A stretch of DNA of 32,086 nucleotides from assembly GCA_051294375.1 (NCBI GenBank), contig CM119263.1:20982424-21014509 (forward strand), in the 5' to 3' direction. The notes below the pieces were generated by a model. The model was not told the DNA's origin. It searched no databases and saw only the letters and a list, made by a program, of their open reading frames with translations. The translations under genes were made by a program, and so were the position numbers. The stretch is from Paraspadella gotoi (taxonomy: Eukaryota; Animalia; Chaetognatha). Shown piece after piece: positions 24,458-32,086 of this stretch (positions are counted from its first letter, which is position 1; each line of letters begins with the position of its first letter).

Positions 24458-24736
24458 AGCTGAACAGACGCTGCATAGGCGGAACTCGTTTACTCGTCGC
24501 CAAATTAAAATATAGTTTACTATATACTAATTTGATATTGCAAGTAAGTACTATAATCTAATTAGCATATTGCATATTCGCCGGTCATGGCTCGATAAAA
24601 AACGGTAAGACACAGCCAAACCTATAAAAGCGCAGTAGTTTTTATATAAAAACAGCGTGACGACGACGTCACAAAGAAGCAATCCTAAATTATTATAGAG
24701 CCTGAACCGGCTTCGCCGGTCATGGCTCGATAAAAA
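23291..24736 (-). mobile_element. Complete non-autonomous Helentron/HINE, subfamily A
   Basis: Minus strand starts TTTTT-ATCGAGCC-ATGACCGG-CGAAG-CCGGTTCA-GGCTC (hairpin), then GACGTCGTCGTC. It ends GGCTCGAT-CCCTATTGCTTTTAAGATT (subterminal IR at 23310-23317). Internal parts are the core module, (GA)n tracts and a 22-bp minisatellite. A second partial 5' terminus lies at ~24579-24602. Confidence 0.8.
23325..23535. repeat. 22-bp minisatellite inside the HINE 3' region
   Basis: The same two unit variants in the same order as at 20508-20755. Confidence 0.9.
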
Positions 24737-26272
24737 TGGGCATAAAGCACAATTGCCCACCTTTCGCCTAAGTTGTAAATATATAATATCTAAGCCAAAA
24801 TTAAATACTCAATTAATCATTCTCCCGAAAGAGCAACAAGATGTGCAACAAAGTTGGAAGAAAATTAGCAGAACTTTCTCAAATTTTTTCCCTCCACTTT
24901 GACTCCTCTTAATTTCCCCGCGGAGTCGCGAGAAAGATTGCTAGTTTGGTTTGGCTATTAATTTGACGATCTGGTCTCGCGATGTCAGATTGCCGGCGGG
25001 GTTGTCAGTCTGGCCTTTTAACTAAACCTCGAGCGGGACCTTTAAGAAGGTTTGTTTAAGCAGTTTTTCTCATAATAATAAATCGATTATAGCATTTGAT
25101 AATATTTAGATGTATACTGAGATAACTGATGTTAAAATATATAAGTATAATATATCTGAGTGAATTAATTAACAATCTACTGTGGACGGAACAAGTTTCA
25201 GAGTAAGAATGATTTATTCTTCAACAAGTAAACGTAACGATAACAGTTTATAACAATGGTATTTACAAGGTCAGGTTTGACTATAAAGGAACTGGGGGAA
25301 AACAATCGAGGGTAAGGTTAAAATTAAGGTCAATGGTTCGACCGAGGTTGCGTGTTGTGGTTGTTCTACCATGATTAACGTTTGGCTACGAAAATGTTGT
25401 CTTTGTCTGCTTTTCACCTAGAAGCATTAATAGATTTAATAAATGGATGATTTTTATATTGAATGTACCACTATTCTCATTAGTATTCTTTTTTTTTAAT
25501 GATAGCCAAACATCCGCTTAACCCAAACCCCAAAATAAAACCAATTTCCCCGATTCCCATTCGTATGCGCGACTCATCTTCAAGAATTTCGGGTCAGGTT
25601 CGTCCCGAATTCTCGTCCTCTCTTTCCGGAAGAAAACTCCCCCGATTTTCCCCCCTAGTAAATCGCCACGCCCACCGCGCAAATTACGGATTCGAGGGAG
25701 GAGCTGAAGAGAAAGTTGGGAAGGGAAACGATTCGATGCGTCGTCGTGGGGTACATTAGGGTTTGGCAGCTTGTTAGTCAATTGAGTGGTTAAATTTTAG
25801 ACTAGGGCTGTACCCTACTAGAATCTCGTTATATCTCCCCCAGGAAGGCTACTATCCGCTTTCGGTCAAGGCAGGAAAAGCGAAGGTTAAACCCAGTCGG
25901 AGACCTCAGTGTCACGAAGGAGAGAAGAAGTTAAGGGAATTAATGTTAGGCTGTGGGCATTGGGCAAGTCCACTCAATATCCCAGAAACTAGTAGTTAAT
26001 AAAAGATTCTTAAAACAGGACGAATGGAAACGGGCCAATAGGTGACGAAAAAGTGACGAACATGAACGACGGTGTCCACTGGGTAAGTTGCGAAAAGTTG
26101 TCGAGACGAGGTCATCACCATGCCGCATCCGGAGTTCCTTTCCTCACTTGAAGTCGTAAACCCGAATTAGCGGCTCTTCCCCTAATCACTGTTTTGTACT
26201 TTGGCTCGAAAGAGGGGAAATTCTCTTTTTTAGTTCTTAACCAAGTTCAGCGCCCGTGAAATGAGTTACGAT

Positions 26273-26988
26273 CTCTGGTTAAAACTCTACAGAAAAAAAC
26301 GTGTGCCAGATAGCGCCCTAAATTATGCTAAAAATGGCTAGATTTATTTTTTAGTATGCTAAATATTATGCCAAATTATCTTTTAGCTAATTTAATGCAA
26401 AACTGTTACAAGAGTACAGAGAAATGATTATTATTAGAGCCTATGAGAAATTATTTAGTCAGATAAAAACAAAAAAAGACGAAAAAATGAGACTTTTTGT
26501 GAATTTATTAATGCTTAATGCTTTAGCGATGAGCCATATAACTAGTCAAGTGTTTCGCAGCAGTAATTTTCAAACAAACCAACCAACTGACGCAATAGTA
26601 TTTTGCTCTTGTAAAGTTGCTTTAACATGCTATTACTAGTATTACAGAACTACACAAGCATCTCAGAGGAAAATCGGTATTAATCAAATACTCTGGCTTT
26701 ATTGTATAAATGCTAGCAATCCGTTCCTGGTCTCAAATAATTGTAATGGGAATTAACAACAAAGAAATAAATAATAAAATATGCAAATAGCATACTTATT
26801 ACAGATTTACATTGCCAGAAGAAGTGTTTTTCACACTCTGTCCAATAGTGTAGTTAGAAAAACCTAAAATTTTTTTCACATTTTGAATATGCCAGATTGT
26901 ACGCTATATGCCAGATCACTTTTTTACTGGCTGAACGGTCTGAAATTATGCCAGATCTGGCACACAGTATGCCAAGTTTTAAACAGAG
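26273..26988. mobile_element. 716-bp MITE with 14-bp TIRs and 8-bp TSD
   Basis: TSD GTTACGAT at 26265-26272 and 26989-26996. TIRs CTCTGGTTAAAACT / AGTTTTAAACAGAG (13 of 14 match). Inner IR GTGTGCCAGAT/ATCTGGCACAC. Multiple TATGCYARAT subterminal repeats at both ends. Confidence 0.85.
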
Positions 26989-26993
26989 GTTAC

Positions 26994-27051
<58 letters not shown>

Positions 27052-28027
27052 GCTCATTTTACTCTCCAAGGTTTTGAACTGAAAAAAATTTAAAAAAACT
27101 TGGGAAAAATTGATAAAAAATAGGGGGGGAAATAAAAAGAAAATCGGTTCCCGTGCAAAAAGACTCATGCATAATTCATTCGGCGGCAATTATGATTTTT
27201 CCGATGTACACGTCCGGGAAATTTTAAATTTAATGCTTTAGCAATTTTTTTTTCCTTTCGGTTGCATCGTGGTCCCGTGTTGGAGTCGACAAGCTTGCTG
27301 TCGGTCGAGATTTAGTCAACCTATCTTTCTATTTTTATTATATGTATATATATATATTTTTTTAAATATAATCCATTTCATAACCATTAAAAATACTTTC
27401 AAGAACTTTTAGCTCTCCTAGAACTTTTAGCTCTCCTCTCCTTACTTGTTGATCTTGCTTACGCAAATGTTTCCTCGAATTCACAATAGACTACATTTTT
27501 ACCTCCTACCTCCTACCTCCAACCCTCTTCCACTCTCCCCTATTTTTGATCCAAACCCTCGCTCCCTATTTTTTTTCCCGCGTTAAACTCCGAGACATAA
27601 AAACCGGACAAGTGGCGTCTGGCCATGACTCGAGAAATAAAAGTGGAACCGATCCGGTTGTAACCTTTCCGTTTCCGTCCGACTAAATTGGGTCTTTAGG
27701 AGTAAACGGTCCTCCACACCCCTCCGTCTCTTCAACAACCCCTTCCTCGCCTCCCTCTCCACTCCCACCTCAGAGCGCAGGCGCCCAATAAAAATCTTTC
27801 CATAAATCTGCTTTATCCGCCGCCGCCGCCGCCGCCGCCACATCCCAACCAAGTACCGCCTGGTCCGTTGACGCCGCTGACGACGCCGCCTCTTGACGAC
27901 CTCTCCATTCTTTCCGCAAAGTGGGTGTTTGGGAGAAGGGCGAAGAAGGGAGAAGGGAGAAGGGAGAAGGGAAAAGGGCGGAGAAGGGCGGAGGGAGATA
28001 GAATTTGAAATAGTTGATGCAACTTAC

Positions 28028-28125
28028 TTGCTCTCCGAAGCCGGATGCCCAGGCGAGAGTTTTCTTTTAGTGACGGACTGCTTCAATCGCAATGTGCATG
28101 AACAGTCATTGTTAAACGAAGACAT
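28028..28125 (-). CDS. Putative first coding exon (MSSFNNDCSCTLRLKQSVTKRKLSPGHPASES...)
   Basis: ATG-initiated open frame ending at a consensus donor AA|GTAAGT, followed by a polypyrimidine tract on the minus strand. Confidence 0.25.
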
Positions 28126-28675
28126 GAGCCAAAAGCTATAGGGCAAAAAAGTAAAGTATAAGTAGTATGAGGTACATGGAATAAGCTATAAGCTATCAGC
28201 TAAGCTTATAAGTCTTTTTTGTAGGTCCAAACGAAAAAAGAAGATTTTCACCGTGTGATTTACAATAATGTTTGACTTAACTAAAACAGTTCTATCCTAT
28301 CAAATATTGTTCGATTCGCCAGAAAAGAAAACAAAAATGCGACCTCGAATCTCGTAGACTCGACGTTGTCCTGGCAGTTGTCGTCATGGTCGTCGCCAAT
28401 GTGGTCGTGGTCCTGGACGTCGTCGTCGTTGTTGTCATCGTCGTGGTCCTCGTCCCTTTATTCGGACACGCTATTTGTCACTTAATTGATTTTGGGAAGG
28501 AAAAGAGGAGGATAAATAGATGGGGGGGAGAAAAGGAGGGGCAAAAGTGGGGGGGAAGGCGACTCTTGAGAGAGAGAAAAAAAATTTTTTTCTTTCCTCC
28601 AAAATTCTTCCATTTCTCTGCGTGAGATAATTTACTCCGCTTTAGAGAGGGGAAAAGACATTCCCACAATCAATG

Positions 28676-28862
28676 ACTCTCTCTCTCTCTTTCTCTCTTT
28701 CTCTCTCTCTCTCTTTCTCCATATTCATTCTCTTTTCAAGTTTGCAATTGAGTTTCTTCTGTGCCGCACAGCAAAAAATAAACAATAACAAAGATCAACG
28801 TGGATTGATGAAGTTAACCCAGAAGTCCAAATTGCAGCTAATTTTCATAGATGGGCTATTCA

Positions 28863-28943
<81 letters not shown>

Positions 28944-29008
28944 TCTTTCCTTTTTTTACTTGTCTTTTTATCTCCTCTCTCTTCTTTTTACACTCCCTAT
29001 TTATCTCT

Positions 29009-29050
<42 letters not shown>

Positions 29051-29104
29051 CTCTCCCTCCCCCCCCATCTCTCCCTTCTTCTCTGCTCACTCTCACTCTC
29101 ACTC
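28676..29104. repeat. Compound (CT)n-rich polypyrimidine tract
   Basis: Multiple CT runs, which account for the spurious SLSLSL ORFs. Confidence 0.9.
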
Positions 29105-29567
29105 TGACGTCATTCCACTTGGAAACGGAGTTCCGGCGTCGACCGGCGTGAACCGGCGTCTCCCCATTTTCGGTCCTCAGTTGGTTGAAGTCAGGAAAGA
29201 GTATCGTTTGACGTAACGACGCGGCCGATCCCGGGGATCGACTCTGACGTCAGCAGCTCAGCTTTCTTGCTCCGTGATCCAATTTTCTTTTCTGCCGTCA
29301 TGTCATTAAAATCTCCTTGCATTGCTTTCAAGTTTGGTAAGCTTTTCTTGCTGCCATGTCTCGCTGACTTTGTGCCCTCTTGTTCGCTTAAATTCGGATG
29401 TCAAACATCAGAATTTTTGTAAGTTATAAGACGTTTTCACAATTTACTTTAAAATTCACTTTGCAGAAATGCTTTAAATGATTTTAATATAATACTTGCA
29501 CGTAATATTTTTATTATTTTAAATTCGATTATTAATTTTCTTTGTTAAACTATTTAATTCTTTTAAG

Positions 29568-29680
29568 TTTCACTGGATGAAAATGGTACGTACAACCAAT
29601 CTAAAGATTATCCATTAGGGTGGAGTGATGAAAATATTGAGCGATGGAACAATGAGTTTTTGCTGCCTTTGTATATGTAA
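29568..29680 (+). CDS. Putative exon of an unidentified gene (VSLDENGTYNQSKDYPLGWSDENIERWNNEFLLPL...)
   Basis: TTTTAAG acceptor at 29561-29567, and an open, protein-like frame within very AT-rich flanks. It is phase-compatible with a candidate upstream exon at 29300-29336 (MSLKSPCIAFKF, donor GTAAGC). Confidence 0.35.
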
Positions 29681-31258
29681 TAAAAAATTATTAAGCCCTT
29701 TTTCAAAAAAAATTGCATAACAGTATCATTAATTAAATTTTTTATAGTATATCCTTATAAAATCATAAAATTTTAAAATCATATTTTTTAAATTCAAATA
29801 GCTTATGAAAAGTTATCTACACAAAGTATAATTCTTTTTTAAATATTTTGATGATAAGTAGGTTTAAAATTGGGAAAAACCTAAAAAATCATCATCATCA
29901 TCATCATCTAATGATTTTAACAGTTTTTACTAATTTTTAGTAATAAAACATCAAAATTTTAAAAAGTTATAATTATATTTTTTGCTTAGCTTTTTAAGCT
30001 CTATCAAAATCAATTAAAAAACTTAATATAAAAAAATTTTTTTATATTATATAGCAATATAATAAGATTAATTAGCGAATTACTCTTGGTTCAGAACATT
30101 TTTGCAAAAAAATATTTTAACCCAATAATTAATACCAATAATGGATTATTTTTAATGCTGTTCCCATTAAAATTTGCATTTGGTCGGCTACCGCTATTAT
30201 AAGGATATTACTATAAATATATTTTAATTAATGATACTGTTCTCTAAACAATATAAGCAAAATATTTTTTGTACTCCTTAATCATACTATCTTACATCTA
30301 AATATCCTTGTTTGTTCACTCAAATAAAATTTATGTTCCCAGTGCTCCACTCTATTATTAGGAAGCCGTATAGAAAAGAAGCCAGTGACTTTTTTTTTAT
30401 ATTTTTATATCGATAGATGTGGAATGACGGGAATATTGTAAATCTCAAGTTTCGCTTTAATCGGACCTCACATTGTGGAGAAATCTTATTTTTTTTTCTT
30501 AAATGAGCGAAGGGAATCCACAACTTTCTGTTATTTTATGATTTCTTGGTAAAAATATAATAATTACATTAACATTGGGGTATTATGAAAGAGTAATATC
30601 TTATGAAGCCTGTGAGAGATAATAAATTAAAAAATTCGCTTATTTTATTATTGAAAAATAACATCAAAGTGAAGGAGTTGAATGGCTTCCGGCTCCTTTT
30701 AGTAATCATCCCTGTTTCTCTTCAATAAGATAATGTTTACTTTTTGCTGGTGGAAAGAAGGATAAATACTTAGGCTGTGATGGGGTAAATATTTGTAGAA
30801 TTTTGTAAGCATGCTTGTAAAATCAGACAAGCAAATATTTAAAATGACAAAAAATTCACATTTTTCTTTATCCAAAAAACTTTAAAGTTTTACTAAAGTA
30901 CAATTTAGCCTTTTTTCTTTCAGAATCATTAAAAGAACTTAATTTTCATTTATTCTTATGGGGTGTCGTTAGTTTAAAATTCATTATAATTTTGACTTAG
31001 TTTGACACTCACCCTGTAAGGAGGTTTCAGCATAAGTAATTCTAAAATTGTATCTTGCATGTGCCCTATGATTATGGCTTCATTTTGGTACTATTGCCAT
31101 CCCTTTATCTTTATTCTTTCAAAAGATATTAGGAAAAATCAGTTTTTTTTCTCACCTTCCTTTTAATTTCTTTTTAAATAAAATTTCGCGATTCAAACCG
31201 GACTATTCCATTTAACATGATCATTTTATGTCAAAATCATTATAAAATGAAAAAAAAA

Positions 31259-31568
31259 AATAGGACAAGCTCTTCAGACACAAAGCTATCAGAATCGCGA
31301 AATTCGAAGTCGCTCATGTAACAGGACATATAGCAATCCGTTTGCAATTTTAAGTTTGTAAACTTTCCCTTTCATTTCTATAGTAAAAATGAGGTTTGAA
31401 AATTCTCTGAAGATGAAGGAGTGCATTTTCCCTGGCTTGTTTGATATCAAATCCTTCATCAAATGTGATAAACGAATAGGACAAGCTCTTCAGATGTAAC
31501 GCTCTCGGAATCGTGCGTTTTTACAAGTGTTTTTTAACCGAATTCTGGCAAACGCGTTTGCAATTTGG
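31259..31568. repeat. Diverged ~217-bp-period direct repeat
   Basis: AATAGGACAAGCTCTTCAGA at ~31259 and ~31476, each followed by GAATCG.G and CGTTTGCAATTT. Confidence 0.7.
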
Positions 31569-31637
31569 GTAGTCAGATTTGAACGGATTCTCTATAGAAA
31601 TGTTGAATTTTTTTTTAAGCGAGATTCTCGTCTACTA

Positions 31638-31704
31638 TTATCCATTTATGAAGAAGTTGTCTCGCCCCTGATTTTGGACAGGCTATGGTAAGTTAAGGCC
31701 TCCA
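31638..31704 (-). repeat. Diverged solo copy of the structured motif from the 332-bp array
   Basis: ATTATCCATTTAT...GCCCCTGATTTTGGACAGGCTATGGTAAGTTAAGGCCTCCA, compared with the array's ATTATCCATTCATTTA...GCCCCTGACTTTGGACAGGCTTTGGTGGTTTAAGGCCTCCA. Confidence 0.75.
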
Positions 31705-31782
31705 CTACATTGGTTAAACTCTACATAAAAATAAATGATTTATTGATTTAATGATTGGTTTATTTATTTTTGATTTATTGTT

Positions 31783-32007
31783 ATTATAGCAACGGCCGGT
31801 TTGCCTGTTATGCCTATTGGAATGGGGCATCTCACTGTTGGCTTTGTGGGCTTCCGACCTTCAGTGACGCATCTAGTCACTGGTGCGGTTACCCTAGGAC
31901 GGTCTCGCTTTGCTAATGCAGAGGGAAATCGTTAGGACTGTGGATGGAACACTACACCTGGGATGGTGAGTTCCCCCTCTGAGCCAATGGATTTGGCTGA
32001 ACGAAGG
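31783..32007 (-). mobile_element. Full-length ~225-bp structured SINE-like element, copy C
   Basis: Three copies in the window. The head has an A-box-like TGGCTCAGAGG and a T-arm/B-box-like GTG-TTCCATC-CAC. The 3' part has an ATGCC...GGCAT-NACAGGC stem-loop and an (ATA)-rich tail. Confidence 0.75.
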
Positions 32008-32086
32008 TTATTTATTTATATGGATAAGGCGCTATGTGGGCTGAAGATTAAGGCGTAGTGAAAGTTACATGCGAAAATTCTAAAAG

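Noticed and set aside
25181-26080. Solo LTR starting TGTGGAC with a minus-strand polyA signal
   Set aside because: The candidate ends read GTCCACT rather than GTCCACA, and no TSD matches.
31006-31018. Tc1/mariner-like terminus CACCCTG|TA
   Set aside because: No partner TIR was found in the window.
32038-32075. CTGAAGA...GAAA hammerhead-like cores (also ~441, ~3042, ~25704 and minus ~19530)
   Set aside because: None has a convincing stem II or a stem III/NUH site.

Overview
AT-rich, repeat-dominated eukaryotic genomic DNA, probably from an animal (spliceosomal-type GT/AG signals, TTAGGG repeats, many GA/CT microsatellites). It has three N gaps, and some stretches look like indel-rich, poorly polished long-read sequence (notably ~4.4-5.9 kb and ~7-13 kb). 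No intact protein-coding gene can be named, and almost all listed ORFs are microsatellite or antisense artefacts. Supported content: (1) a modular family of non-autonomous Helentron/HINE (DINE-1-like) elements in two subfamilies with different subterminal inverted repeats, including two complete copies; (2) a 3.16-kb CAC...GTG DNA transposon with ~870-bp TIRs and a 4-bp TSD; (3) a 716-bp MITE with an 8-bp TSD; (4) the 3' end of an L1/Tx1-type LINE ORF2 with a CCHC zinc knuckle; (5) three copies of a highly structured SINE-like element; (6) a minimal type I hammerhead ribozyme (Penelope-like) in a 109-bp insert flanked by 19-bp direct repeats; (7) a ~332-bp tandem array carrying a conserved pseudoknot with twister-like features; and (8) a few CpG-rich stretches with possible host exons.
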